A stretch of DNA of 36,523 bases from a virus (IMGVR_UViG_3300008255_000074:1-36523); one strand, 5' to 3'; counted from the stretch's first letter, positions 8,348-18,760 are shown. Notes: generated by a model not told the origin, from the sequence alone. Numbers and translations are program-made.

Positions 8348-10405
8348 TTATTTTCCAAGACGACTGTTTGCAACATAATGCACCGCCGTGCTATCACCTC
8401 GGCTTGATGCAGCAGGTGAAGTTCCTACAACTGAAAATCCTCTAGTGCTAACATTAGATGAGATAGTAGCACTCCATGATGCCCCTGTATTTACATCAAC
8501 CATCTGCCCAGCAGCGCCAGATGTAAAATTATAAAAAGTTACTGTTGGAGCAGCTCGCATAATACGAGGAAAGTCGTATGCAATTGCATTAGCATTAGGT
8601 GTACTAGCAAGTGCATATTGAGTTCCGCCAATAACGCCAGATGCACCAGTATTATTGGCTGGTAAAGTTGCAATAGGAAATGATTTCCTATAATAATATT
8701 CGCACCTAGCTAATGCCTCATCAAAAGTTAAGCTTACACTATCACTAGCGTATCTATTAGGGATTAAATTAACTTTATTAAATGTGATATTATCAGGTAG
8801 AGCGCCACTTTCAATCATTGGATCTAATGTATAAACCAATAGCCCCATTGTCATATTAGCATTATCTGACGGAACAGATGTTAAATCAAAACCATCAAAA
8901 TATAATTCATTTACACCATCTACTAATCTATATACAGGGTCATTAATAGCATCTACACTTGACCAGCCAGCAGATAAAACAGGCTCTCCTAATGCATCCC
9001 ATGTGGCTATGGGTACAGTTCTACTAACAGTTGACGGTAATGACGAGCGATAAATAAGCTTAGCTTTCATTCTTAATGTAGCGTTATTTTGTTTTCTTGC
9101 TGTTAATTTGGCGTAACTAGAAAGAATACCGCCCCAATATGGTCGACATGTAGCAGGGTCAATATATTGTAGAATGGCAAACTGATTAGTTGCTGTTACA
9201 GCTTGAATAGTTAATCCATAATTTAATGTATGACTCGCACGTCCAGCCGATACATTTACTGCCGTTGAAGCACTGCTGCCGTCAGTAATATAACCTTGTT
9301 GCAACACTATTGTTTGGTCAGCCGTGTAAACATTATTAGTTACATTGGTTTGTGTAGTGGTTCTATCCTGCCAAGGATTTAATCCAAAATCCCACCCAGT
9401 TAAGATATCGCCTTTAGCCTCTAATAAAAGACTATCTCTATAAGTATGAAATGTATGGTCAATTTGTCTATCAACAGTTGTTTGTTCATAGGCGACAGGC
9501 AACGGATTACCTGATGTTACTATTATTTGAAAGCTTGTTAAAAGGATATTACAATCACCCGGAATAGTAACCAAATAATCAACGTAAGCACTAGGTGGAA
9601 CGTCAGTATTATCACTAGTACCAGTGATAGATTGGCTACCTTGAAATTCCTTATAAGAACTTAGTAAGCTTTCGTTACTAATTAAGGTTGCTAATGTATC
9701 ACCAAATGAATCTACTAAACTGGCACTTATTGTTGCCGCTCCTGTGCTTCCTAGCTTACCAGTTACATTGTTGATAACTGTTTTGCCAGCCCATAAGACA
9801 CCATTTTGCTGAAATCTTTGTCTTAATGTTGCTGTTGACCACCCAGCAAGCACTAATTGCAACGCATAAGGGGCGTTTGTTGTATCAGCAGGTGTATCAG
9901 TATTATTTTTAGGTACACGTGTAATAATGGCTGTTCCAACAGATGCACCGCCATCTAAAAGCAAATCCCAACCTGGACCGATATTTATAGTTTCAGTTGT
10001 ACCATTTGTTATTGCTAGTGGAGATACAAAGTCAATTAAAGCAAATTGAGGGTTTGTAATTTGATTATCCGTTGGCAATGCAACTAATGACAATGAGCCT
10101 GAGCCGTCAGTAGGGCTATAGTTTTCAATTAAATATATTAAAGGGTCAGCCATTGTATCACCCTGTCTTATCTCTAATCGATAAGTTGCATTTGGATCAT
10201 CAGACCAGTAAACATCTACTGGTAAAGTACCATTTGCTAAAAACTGTATTGGCTGTGTCCAAGGCGTACCACTTGGTGTATGAAAAACAGTTGCAGGCAA
10301 ATAAGGCAAATCATTCTGTAATACAAACATAAAACATGTATCATCTAATTGATTGCCTGTTAAGTCTACAAAACTCCATACAGGGTTATATCCACGGATG
10401 TTCAT
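8348..10405 (-). CDS. Tail spike/fibre protein with N-terminal head-binding-like domain
   Basis: FVDLTGNQL...PWTQPIQFLANG...YRLEI resembles P22-like particle-binding N-termini; EALARCEYYYRKS and MRAAPTVT occur in fibre C-terminal domains. Confidence 0.72.
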   Translation of the reverse strand: MNIRGYNPVWSFVDLTGNQLDDTCFMFVLQNDLPYLPATVFHTPSGTPWTQPIQFLANGTLPVDVYWSDDPNATYRLEIRQGDTMADPLIYLIENYSPTDGSGSLSLVALPTDNQITNPQFALIDFVSPLAITNGTTETINIGPGWDLLLDGGASVGTAIITRVPKNNTDTPADTTNAPYALQLVLAGWSTATLRQRFQQNGVLWAGKTVINNVTGKLGSTGAATISASLVDSFGDTLATLISNESLLSSYKEFQGSQSITGTSDNTDVPPSAYVDYLVTIPGDCNILLTSFQIIVTSGNPLPVAYEQTTVDRQIDHTFHTYRDSLLLEAKGDILTGWDFGLNPWQDRTTTQTNVTNNVYTADQTIVLQQGYITDGSSASTAVNVSAGRASHTLNYGLTIQAVTATNQFAILQYIDPATCRPYWGGILSSYAKLTARKQNNATLRMKAKLIYRSSLPSTVSRTVPIATWDALGEPVLSAGWSSVDAINDPVYRLVDGVNELYFDGFDLTSVPSDNANMTMGLLVYTLDPMIESGALPDNITFNKVNLIPNRYASDSVSLTFDEALARCEYYYRKSFPIATLPANNTGASGVIGGTQYALASTPNANAIAYDFPRIMRAAPTVTFYNFTSGAAGQMVDVNTGASWSATISSNVSTRGFSVVGTSPAASSRGDSTAVHYVANSRLGK

Positions 10406-10416
10406 TTTTTTTACCC

Positions 10417-11046
10417 CTAATATTTATTTTTTAATATTTTATCAACCGTCCTGAAAGAATGACCGCACTTATTCATTATGACATATTTTCCTAATCCATT
10501 TTCATACATTTCCTTTATACGATTAATCTGTGTTTTTGTTAATATCTTTCTCGTATTTAACGCCTGTTTACCCCTTGGAATCCATGTGCAATTTTCAGGA
10601 TAATAACCTTTATTATTATCTATTCTTTCTATAGTTAAATCATCCTTATATCCATTATTTAAAGCCCAATGATAAAAAGAATCTTTACAATTAAGCCATT
10701 CATCGCACACAGTTATACCTCTTTGGCCATAATTTTTATAAGCTGACGATTTTGGATTTGTACATCTATAAATAATACCAGCTCTAATCTTTATTATACG
10801 CTCTCTTTTGTCGCACCACCTTTTTTTATTTCCTTTTCCCTTCAGGCTTTTGCATTTGCAAACTTTATCTCTAATAGCAAAAGAACCATAAGCTCCCGTG
10901 TACTGAAGACCACATAAAACACACTCTACCTTTACATATCGTTTAGTTGTTTTAGAATTTTTAGTAGGAAACTTCATTCCTAAATTTTCAATTACTTTAA
11001 AATTATGAAACTCCATTCTTATTGGATATGCTGCCATAGATATCAT
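10417..11046 (-). CDS. HNH-type homing endonuclease with C-terminal HTH
   Basis: RCTNPKSSAYKNYGQRGITVCDEW and LTIERIDNNKGYYPENCTW signatures. Confidence 0.85.
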   Translation of the reverse strand: MISMAAYPIRMEFHNFKVIENLGMKFPTKNSKTTKRYVKVECVLCGLQYTGAYGSFAIRDKVCKCKSLKGKGNKKRWCDKRERIIKIRAGIIYRCTNPKSSAYKNYGQRGITVCDEWLNCKDSFYHWALNNGYKDDLTIERIDNNKGYYPENCTWIPRGKQALNTRKILTKTQINRIKEMYENGLGKYVIMNKCGHSFRTVDKILKNKY

Positions 11047-11100
11047 TCCTATATTAATATTATGATATTATATCATACTGGATTGTAATCTCTTTATTTA

Positions 11101-11129
11101 TTGACAAGTGCATTCCTATAAGTTAAAAT
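11101..11129 (+). promoter_or_regulatory. Sigma70-type promoter opposing the late operon
   Basis: TTGACA (11101)-17 bp-TAAAAT (11124). Confidence 0.75.
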
Positions 11130-11156
11130 TCCAACAATAAATTGAAGGAATTTATT

Positions 11157-11231
11157 ATGCTTAATTTTTTATTATTTGCCTGGTTAATTTTAATGGCTAT
11201 TTATATCATAGCCGACTTTAGAAATAGCTAA
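11157..11231 (+). CDS. 24-aa hydrophobic peptide MLNFLLFAWLILMAIYIIADFRNS (not in the ORF track)
   Basis: Own promoter, GAAGGA RBS, single transmembrane helix; its stop abuts the stop of the convergent gene at 11232. Confidence 0.65.
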   Translation: MLNFLLFAWLILMAIYIIADFRNS

Positions 11232-12401
11232 TTATTTATTTGCTTCGTTAATTAAATATTTAATACCGCCAGTTGTTCCTATGCCTGTGCCTAGCTTACC
11301 TAGATTTCCCAGCTGTTTCATCATCTCTTTTTTTAATCTTTCGGTATTTAATAGTTCTTCCATTTCAGGGTGAGCCGCTAAAAATTTCTTCATGGCGGCT
11401 GATTCTTCGCTAAAGTACTTAACTATATCTGGAGGAATTTTTTTCTTTTCCCCAAACACCTTAGCAAGTTTAGTATCCGTATAATAGATATCTTTTAACT
11501 GTCTCCATAAGTCTTTAGCTTGCCCATATGTATGACTTAAATCAATGTGCCCTTGTTCAGTTAAATGTGAATGTATTGTATTTAATAATTCATTTTTGAA
11601 TTCATCTTGAAGCTCCCCTAAATTCCTATCAGCACTATACTTTGCATGTAGATTTTCTTGCGCCTTTTTTCCTAAATCTGATTGAAGCTTATGAACCGAC
11701 TGAACGTCTCCTTGTTTTGCTCTTTCAATTAACAATTTATTTTTTTTTGTGGCTGGCAGCCAATGCTCTATTTGGTCAAATATTTTTTCATTAATTTGAA
11801 TTGGGGGAATTTTTCGCTTATTGGCTTCATTTATTGTGTAATCATATAAATTACTGGATGTACCTTTAAGCATATCATGTCTTTTTTCAGCTATCTCAAG
11901 TGTAGCACGAGGATTTGTTTTTTTAAATAAAGCTGGTAATCCTTTAATGGCCGCCTTTCCAGTCGATGCAAGAACTTTTCCAGCTAAAGGCATACTTGCA
12001 TCAAGAGTTCCAGCCACAGCTCTTTCACCCAAAGTGCCTGGGGTTGTCGCAAACCCACCTATTCCAGCTCCAATTATTGCTCCTACTGGCCCTAAAACTG
12101 AACCAGCCGCTCCACCAGCAGCCATGCCAGCTAAAGGTTGCCCAATCATTTGTCCAATTTGCTGACCTGTTCCTTGAGCTCCTGGCAACACTTCAAATTT
12201 AGGAGCTTCCGTTTTTCCAGTTACACCAGCCTTAGATGTCATTAAGCCTTCTTTGATGCCTTGAGGAATTGTGCCTATAGTATCATCAAAGTTTCTAGCC
12301 AGCTTACGCATTTTAAGTGCTCCTGCCGACGGCTTAGATGCTCCGATTTCATCTTCCGTAATACTTCTTTTTAAAATTGCTTGCTGTTCTGGAGTAAGCA
12401 T
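11232..12401 (-). CDS. Putative DNA ejection (internal virion) protein, gp16 position
   Basis: Third of three coupled genes after the tail hub; Gly/Ala-rich hydrophobic segment, helical character. Confidence 0.55.
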   Translation of the reverse strand: MLTPEQQAILKRSITEDEIGASKPSAGALKMRKLARNFDDTIGTIPQGIKEGLMTSKAGVTGKTEAPKFEVLPGAQGTGQQIGQMIGQPLAGMAAGGAAGSVLGPVGAIIGAGIGGFATTPGTLGERAVAGTLDASMPLAGKVLASTGKAAIKGLPALFKKTNPRATLEIAEKRHDMLKGTSSNLYDYTINEANKRKIPPIQINEKIFDQIEHWLPATKKNKLLIERAKQGDVQSVHKLQSDLGKKAQENLHAKYSADRNLGELQDEFKNELLNTIHSHLTEQGHIDLSHTYGQAKDLWRQLKDIYYTDTKLAKVFGEKKKIPPDIVKYFSEESAAMKKFLAAHPEMEELLNTERLKKEMMKQLGNLGKLGTGIGTTGGIKYLINEANK

Positions 12402-13762
12402 TACACGCCACCTGTCTCTAGTAATTTAATCTTTTCTTCTCGGCTTAATTTAGAAATATAATCCGTAAACTGAGCCGCTGACATTTTTAAGTAATCTGGT
12501 TGCCCATTGTTTTGAGCTTGCGTAGCTTGCTCTTGCTCTTTTTGTAGATTATTAAACCATTTATCCGCATCAATTTCTTGTAAAGCAACATCGTACGCTT
12601 CGTCAGCCGTCATATTTTCTTTTCTAATTAAAACAGGAATTCTTTGTGCCAAATGATTAGCAAACTTATTAGCCTCCTGTAATTGACTTAATTTTCCTAA
12701 CTGAACCGCCAAAGGCTCTCCAGGGGTTGGTTTAACATTTTCTAATAGTTGTTGCTCACCCATTCTAAACGCCCCTTTAAACACCTTAGCGTATTCAGCT
12801 ACTAATCTTCCTAAATTAGATTCTACTCGACCTATAACATCTTGGGTTTTTTTATCTCCTATAGTTTTATAAGCCTCAATCCCTAAGTCTCTTACTTTAG
12901 CACCAAACTGATTAAAAGCTTGAGCTTTTAATTTCCTCCATTCTGGTGAGTCTAAATCTTTTTGTACGCTGTTATAAATTCGACCTAATTCAGCTATATC
13001 GCCACGAGATTTAGTATATTCTGTAGCAACCTCAGCATCAGCCTTATCAAATAACTCTCTTTTTTTAGTAGTGGCTTCAATGTCAGATTTACCCTGAGCT
13101 AACTCTAATTGACTTGGCGCAAGTTTAGTCTCAACCGTTTTTCCACTCGGATATTTTACAATTCTATTACCAGTTACAGGGTTGATGCTTTCCTTAATAT
13201 CTGGAATTCTTCCAATCCCTGCAAACCTATCAAGCTTATATAAACTTGGATTTCCAGCATCAAGAACAATAGACGACCCTATAGGCGCACTTTGCATATC
13301 AACAACACCCGACATTTCTTGAGATTGTACTGGTGGTTGCGTTTGCTTTTGTGGTTGCGTTTGGGGTTGCTTTTCCATAAACCGTTGTTGTAACCATGAA
13401 GGCATTTGCGACATATCCAGCGATGTATTTGGCTTGTCTACTGCGTGCGTATTAATTGGTGGCAATTTCACTTGAGTAGAACCATATCCGGAGGTACTTT
13501 GAGTGTTTTGCGTAGGTGACACACTGTTTTTACCTGAATTCATTAAATTAAATAAAAAACTCTTTTCTTGAGCAGCTGCCAGTGCTTCTTGCATTTGAGC
13601 ATCTCTTAACGCATTTTTAGCAGGCAATTCATCTAAATGCATTTGATACTGCTGTGCCAACTGCTGTGCTTGCATATAGGGCTGCATCAACTTTTGAAAT
13701 ATGTTAGTTCCTTGTTCAGCTCCTTGAGCAAAAGGGGATTCACCAGTTAAATTTAAGGCCAT
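12401..13762 (-). CDS. Putative DNA ejection protein, gp20 position
   Basis: Gln-rich helical protein; P22-like synteny. Confidence 0.55.
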   Translation of the reverse strand: MALNLTGESPFAQGAEQGTNIFQKLMQPYMQAQQLAQQYQMHLDELPAKNALRDAQMQEALAAAQEKSFLFNLMNSGKNSVSPTQNTQSTSGYGSTQVKLPPINTHAVDKPNTSLDMSQMPSWLQQRFMEKQPQTQPQKQTQPPVQSQEMSGVVDMQSAPIGSSIVLDAGNPSLYKLDRFAGIGRIPDIKESINPVTGNRIVKYPSGKTVETKLAPSQLELAQGKSDIEATTKKRELFDKADAEVATEYTKSRGDIAELGRIYNSVQKDLDSPEWRKLKAQAFNQFGAKVRDLGIEAYKTIGDKKTQDVIGRVESNLGRLVAEYAKVFKGAFRMGEQQLLENVKPTPGEPLAVQLGKLSQLQEANKFANHLAQRIPVLIRKENMTADEAYDVALQEIDADKWFNNLQKEQEQATQAQNNGQPDYLKMSAAQFTDYISKLSREEKIKLLETGGV

Positions 13763-14415
13763 TAAGCAGTTCCTCTTGAAGTTGTTCCGTAAGTAGGTAG
13801 TTTACTTAATCCATAAGCATTTAAGCCAGCAGCAATTCCTCCGCCTAAAACGTTACCTAAAAATCTACTGCCTGAAGAACCTTGCCCATATCTCATTTGA
13901 GCCAAGTCAGGTGCACTTTGCATAGTTGAGCCTGCTTGCTGTTGTCTGACACCTGTTTGCGTACCTGCGGCATTAACGCCAGTATTATATATATTGCCAG
14001 CAATACCAGCACCAGCCATATATTTTTGCATTAACTGGTCAAGATATCTTTGCTTGTCATCAGCCATAATCTGACTAGTTCCCGCTTGAACCGCTTGCAT
14101 AGCAGGTGTTGAACCCATTACACCCATAGCACTTGCTGCATCTAAGCCTTGCTGTCCAGCCATTTGAGATGTGTATTTGGCTTGCTCACTAGGTGCATAA
14201 GACTTCATCCACTCATCTTGAAGAGCTGAGGGATTCATTAAATTTTGCATAGCCGTGTTGTAATTACCATACGCCTGTTGACCTTGGTCAACATAAGGCT
14301 GCATAGTCTGACCAGCTTGATTATATTGTTGTTGAGATTGCTGCATTTGTCGCTCATACATTTTCTGAGCATCTTTATATGCATCTTTCCCTGATATTCT
14401 TGACCACCAACTCAT
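13762..14415 (-). CDS. Putative DNA ejection protein, P22 gp7-like
   Basis: Gln/Ala/Gly-rich; MQPYVDQGQQA and ASAMGVMGS gp7-like motifs; synteny. Confidence 0.7.
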   Translation of the reverse strand: MSWWSRISGKDAYKDAQKMYERQMQQSQQQYNQAGQTMQPYVDQGQQAYGNYNTAMQNLMNPSALQDEWMKSYAPSEQAKYTSQMAGQQGLDAASAMGVMGSTPAMQAVQAGTSQIMADDKQRYLDQLMQKYMAGAGIAGNIYNTGVNAAGTQTGVRQQQAGSTMQSAPDLAQMRYGQGSSGSRFLGNVLGGGIAAGLNAYGLSKLPTYGTTSRGTA

Positions 14416-14432
14416 ATTAAAATCCTTTTAAA

Positions 14433-14741
14433 TTATGGAAATGGGCTTGTATTTAATTGTACTAGAGAACCATTGATTTTGAAAACTATATTGGGTGGAC
14501 TTGAGTCCGTGCAATACCAACCTGTACCATTAGGAGCTGGATTATTAGGGTCAGTAGCTAACGCCGTGATTTCAGCAGTTGTCTTATGCGGAAACTCAAT
14601 CCCATTATTCCATTGTGCTTCTAAGTCTAATAAATCTTGATTAATAATATCAACTAATAAACTAAACCATTGTTCAACTGGAAATGGCCATTCAACTGCA
14701 AATAATGGAAATATATCAATTTTAGTATATTCAACAGCCAT
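14433..14741 (-). CDS. Small tail-associated protein (gp26/needle position)
   Basis: Coupled to the tail hub gene; TTAEITAL...NGTGWYCTD fibre-like motif. Confidence 0.5.
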   Translation of the reverse strand: MAVEYTKIDIFPLFAVEWPFPVEQWFSLLVDIINQDLLDLEAQWNNGIEFPHKTTAEITALATDPNNPAPNGTGWYCTDSSPPNIVFKINGSLVQLNTSPFP

Positions 14742-16507
14742 TAATCAGCACCCCCACTAGTTTGCACTGTTCTATGACATGCACCTAAAACTACAATTGG
14801 GGCTGAGCTTACAGCCACTAGCTTATAAACCCTATTACGTGATACTCCTAATTGACACCAACGCATACGCCATTTGTATTGACCTAATTGACTAAACTCT
14901 CTGACATCAGCCGTTAAAAATGTTACACCACCATCATCGCTATAAAATAATTCAATATGTGGCTTAAAGAATTTATTGTAATGATTATCATCAAATTCAG
15001 GCGTATTAGAGCCGTCTTCAATTAAAAATGCACCATCTTCATCTGTTAAGTAAATAATATTACCTTCTGGTGTCGTTCCTTCATCAATTAAATAGACGGC
15101 ATTTCCATAAGGGGCATTAGATTTATAAAATGTTTGCTCACCAAATACAAAGTCAATTTGTACCCATTTAGTTTGAAACTCTATATCATTTGGATAATAA
15201 ATTTGTTGAGTTTTTAACTCATATCTCATTGGGTATTTAAGATATGAACCTTCATTATCGGGGTCAGAAAGCTCATTATAATAAATATTTCCAGCCATTT
15301 CATAAATGGTTGAATCACCCTGAACCGTAACTAAATGCTTATTATTAAAGAAAACATGTTTTTCAATACGATTTCTTTGACCGTTAAGCTCTGTGCATCT
15401 AGCCCATTTATTTACATTAAAATTATACTCAATACACGCAACTTCATTGTCAATACCTAATTCAGTATAGTTAAGGTAAGTTCCTGCACTAACACGATAA
15501 AATATGCTATTTTCATATTCATATAGAAACCCAAGGGCTCTATCACGTAAGAATGGTCCTCTCTCTTCACCTGACGTTCTAGAGCCTTGCAATAAAACAT
15601 CAATTGCCTGTGTTGAAATTGGTTGCGGAGGGTCGCCCGCACTAACCATAAATGCAACAAATCCATTACGATTACGCCCAAGCCATACCATACGCCCAAA
15701 GTCTACACTTAAACTAAATGGGTCTGACATGCCGTAATCCCACGCATAAGAGCTATTAAGCTTAAAAGGAAATGTTCTTATAACACCTGACACATCTACT
15801 TGAGTAGGAATATTATTCCAAATATCACATGAGAAATCAGTAAAAATATACAATTGATTATGTAAAGTTGCAATCTGTTTAACTGTTCCAGTTGCCAAGT
15901 TAAATAATGCAGCACCGTTTACAGTAAAAACAGCACCTAAATTAACCGCAAAACCTGCACTTATACCACCTAAATTGGTAGCAGACACATAATATTGTGA
16001 AGAATCTTTGTTACTAACAACAAATCTATTAGCAAAAGCACATACAAAATAAGGATTAGTAGGTCGATTGCCGTCAGTTACCGTCTGCATAATCACACCT
16101 GATGATAACTCACTAATGATATAAACATTAGTTTCATCAGTCATCATACAATATGTAGTGTCAAATATACGCAAATAATCAAACCAAACTGCACCTGTAC
16201 CAGATACAGTGCCAATCGCCACTGAATTAAAAAGTGAATCAATAGCAAATACTTGGTTGTTAACTATAGCGTATGCATAATCAATAGATTTAAATAAGTA
16301 ATCAGGCTCATCACCAAATGCAAGTCGCACCCTAGAAGCTACTTGAATATGCTTTCTGCCCATTGCAGGATATAAGGCTTTACCAGTTTTAGTATCAGGA
16401 ACTTCTACTTCATACCAATTTGATAAGTCTTGACTACCATTTTGAGTAAATCTCTGCTGATTATATGCGGTCCATATATTTATATCTGTTACTTTAGACT
16501 CAGCCAC
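14741..16507 (-). CDS. Packaged DNA stabilization / tail hub protein, P22 gp10-like
   Basis: LFYSDDGGVTF...GQYKWRMRWCQLGVSRNRVYKL C-terminal signature; synteny. Confidence 0.85.
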   Translation of the reverse strand: MAESKVTDINIWTAYNQQRFTQNGSQDLSNWYEVEVPDTKTGKALYPAMGRKHIQVASRVRLAFGDEPDYLFKSIDYAYAIVNNQVFAIDSLFNSVAIGTVSGTGAVWFDYLRIFDTTYCMMTDETNVYIISELSSGVIMQTVTDGNRPTNPYFVCAFANRFVVSNKDSSQYYVSATNLGGISAGFAVNLGAVFTVNGAALFNLATGTVKQIATLHNQLYIFTDFSCDIWNNIPTQVDVSGVIRTFPFKLNSSYAWDYGMSDPFSLSVDFGRMVWLGRNRNGFVAFMVSAGDPPQPISTQAIDVLLQGSRTSGEERGPFLRDRALGFLYEYENSIFYRVSAGTYLNYTELGIDNEVACIEYNFNVNKWARCTELNGQRNRIEKHVFFNNKHLVTVQGDSTIYEMAGNIYYNELSDPDNEGSYLKYPMRYELKTQQIYYPNDIEFQTKWVQIDFVFGEQTFYKSNAPYGNAVYLIDEGTTPEGNIIYLTDEDGAFLIEDGSNTPEFDDNHYNKFFKPHIELFYSDDGGVTFLTADVREFSQLGQYKWRMRWCQLGVSRNRVYKLVAVSSAPIVVLGACHRTVQTSGGAD

Positions 16508-17224
16508 TTACACACCAGCCTGCACCAAAGCGGCACCATTAAGCATAGAATCAAAATCGCCGTCAATATCTAAATTAACCTCGCTTGCAGCTTCCATATT
16601 TAATTTATGCTCTTGAAGCAAATTTTCTAATTCTGGTGTCCATGCTTCCGCACGTCCAGTAAACATTGCTGTATGTTTAGCATGGGCAAATAACAAGTAA
16701 AGATAAAAGTAACTAGGGAGAGTTGACATATCATCATTACTTGTTAAGTCGGTTAATTGAAATTTCCCTCTAATACTGAAATCATATCCTTGAGAGGGTG
16801 AGGGATATAAACGTAATGTAACTATTTCAGTTTCAGGAAATACAATTATAAATCGTGGCAACCCTTGAAGTGGGTCGTATTTCCATGCAGAATTAAACGC
16901 ATTTCTAGATTCATCAATCAATGGATAAGTAACGCCTTCATATGTAAGCCAAGCCGTTTCTAAGTTGGCTAATCTACCTAATGTAATATCAGGTGTTGGG
17001 GTATAGCTTGTACTTCCTACAGTTAAAAGATTTTGCCCTTGAATAATAGGAATTGTAACAGTTCGAGCAATTGTAATTAATAAGCCTGTGCTAGCATATG
17101 AATTTAACAATTGGTTTAACACCATAATGCCTAGTTTCTGATCGTCACCATGCAATGGAGTAGTAGGGTTTTGAGCCGATATCAACCTAAAAGACTGATA
17201 TATAAAATCTCTAACTGTTGGCAT
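16508..17224 (-). CDS. Head-to-tail adaptor, P22 gp4-like
   Basis: TVRDFIYQSFRLI...LNQLLNSY and LRLYPSP; located between coat and gp10-like genes. Confidence 0.75.
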   Translation of the reverse strand: MPTVRDFIYQSFRLISAQNPTTPLHGDDQKLGIMVLNQLLNSYASTGLLITIARTVTIPIIQGQNLLTVGSTSYTPTPDITLGRLANLETAWLTYEGVTYPLIDESRNAFNSAWKYDPLQGLPRFIIVFPETEIVTLRLYPSPSQGYDFSIRGKFQLTDLTSNDDMSTLPSYFYLYLLFAHAKHTAMFTGRAEAWTPELENLLQEHKLNMEAASEVNLDIDGDFDSMLNGAALVQAGV

Positions 17225-17232
17225 AGCTTCCC

Positions 17233-17418
17233 CTAGCGTTTACGCTTTTTAGGCACTGTTATGTCTGCTTTTTCATCAAACCATAAACCTGTGCTTGTTA
17301 ACTCCAGATATTCATCATATGAATTAGCGAGCTTTCTTTTATTATCTTTATCATATACATAGACACGGAAATGCTCTCTTGGTATTTCTTTGCCTTTATA
17401 GTGGACCATATTATCCAT
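17233..17418 (-). CDS. Small hypothetical protein after coat gene
   Basis: GGGAG RBS; basic C-terminus. Confidence 0.65.
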   Translation of the reverse strand: MDNMVHYKGKEIPREHFRVYVYDKDNKRKLANSYDEYLELTSTGLWFDEKADITVPKKRKR

Positions 17419-17434
17419 AAAAACTCCCTATATA

Positions 17435-17466
17435 ATACCAATACGATAGTAAACCCGTATTGGTAT
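17435..17466 (-). terminator. Hairpin immediately downstream of coat gene (terminator or processing site)
   Basis: 11-bp perfect stem ATACCAATACG/CGTATTGGTAT; weak U tract. Confidence 0.6.
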
Positions 17467-17474
17467 ATTTACAA

Positions 17475-18716
17475 TTATGAACAAATACGAACAGCAAATT
17501 CAGGGTTGATTACGCAACCACAAATTACGTCCATTCTATCTAATTGTTGATAGTTTCTAACGTCAGCACCTAAAGTATAAGTCATCGCCATTTTGTATAA
17601 GTCAGAAACAGATGTTACGGCTTCCGCACCACCTCTTAACTCAGTCAATGGAGGAGCAGCAAATACAATCGCATCTCTATGGAATGCCACAGATATATTG
17701 TGGTCATCTCTTAAGAATAATTGTGCACCGTTAGGGATTGCAGCACTAAAGTTCTGTCTAGCCCCAGATATAATTATTTCAGGGTTAACAGTAATAGTAG
17801 CTAAACCACCAGCAGTCGAAACGATATCTTGAGTTACAACAAACTGAGCTCTTTGTGGAGTAGATTCATAAGTTAATGGGTTAACAGTGAATACACCATC
17901 AGTTTCATCAACTTCTATAATATCACCTTCACGGAATACTATAGTTGAAGCGGCAACACCAGATACGTTGATAGTATTACCAGAAGTGATTGGACCACCA
18001 GTAACCACACCACCAAGTTTAAACCCAGCAGGCGGAGCACCACCAGTTTCACCGGCACCAGATATTTGTCTTCCATAAAATACAGATTTAAAGAAGTCAA
18101 AACCAGAAAGGTGACCAATAAAGCCGTCCATTAAGGCACCAGCATTAACTTTGTCATTAAATGTTGTGTATAAATCATTAGATAATGATTGTGCAACTCT
18201 TGGAGATACACCGCAATACCTTAAACCGTCTTCAGGAATACCAAGCTCAGTCATATAAGCATCAGTTCCCAAAATGGTATTAAAGTTAACAGCCACGCCA
18301 GGCGTACCAGTTGCGTTATAAGTTGATTTTGCAAGATTGTCTTGTGCAATGAACTTTTCAACTTTATTAGCTAAAGTTTTAGCTCTAGGAGCGTTAGCCA
18401 TTTCAAGATACGGCTCATCTCTAGCACGGTCAAAAGTTAATTCAAACCCTGTGTACTCAACCATAGCATGGAATTGCTTAGTTATACTTAAAGGTCTGAC
18501 TATCTGTACCCGAGATTCTGGAGTTGCTGTTGCACCTTCACCGCCTAGGTATCTTTCTTGCAATCTATAGTTAAGTGTTTGACCAGTTGCAAATCTTAGT
18601 GATTTAAAATCTTCTTGTAAGTTTCTATTGGCAACTCTTGCATGTGTTAATGAGTTCCAAAAACGAACCAATACGTCATCCAAAACATATTGGGCCGTGC
18701 GAAATGTATTAGACAT
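17475..18716 (-). CDS. Major capsid protein, P22 coat family
   Basis: MSNTFRTAQY...GQTLNYRL, NISVAFHRDAIVFA, RMDVICG...INPEFAVRI; start ATG 18716 has a purine-rich RBS (AGGGAAGGA), 18788 is unlikely. Confidence 0.9.
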   Translation of the reverse strand: MSNTFRTAQYVLDDVLVRFWNSLTHARVANRNLQEDFKSLRFATGQTLNYRLQERYLGGEGATATPESRVQIVRPLSITKQFHAMVEYTGFELTFDRARDEPYLEMANAPRAKTLANKVEKFIAQDNLAKSTYNATGTPGVAVNFNTILGTDAYMTELGIPEDGLRYCGVSPRVAQSLSNDLYTTFNDKVNAGALMDGFIGHLSGFDFFKSVFYGRQISGAGETGGAPPAGFKLGGVVTGGPITSGNTINVSGVAASTIVFREGDIIEVDETDGVFTVNPLTYESTPQRAQFVVTQDIVSTAGGLATITVNPEIIISGARQNFSAAIPNGAQLFLRDDHNISVAFHRDAIVFAAPPLTELRGGAEAVTSVSDLYKMAMTYTLGADVRNYQQLDRMDVICGCVINPEFAVRICS

Positions 18717-18760
18717 ATCCGTCCTTCCCTGTAATCTAATTAAAAAACAATTTCCCTGTT

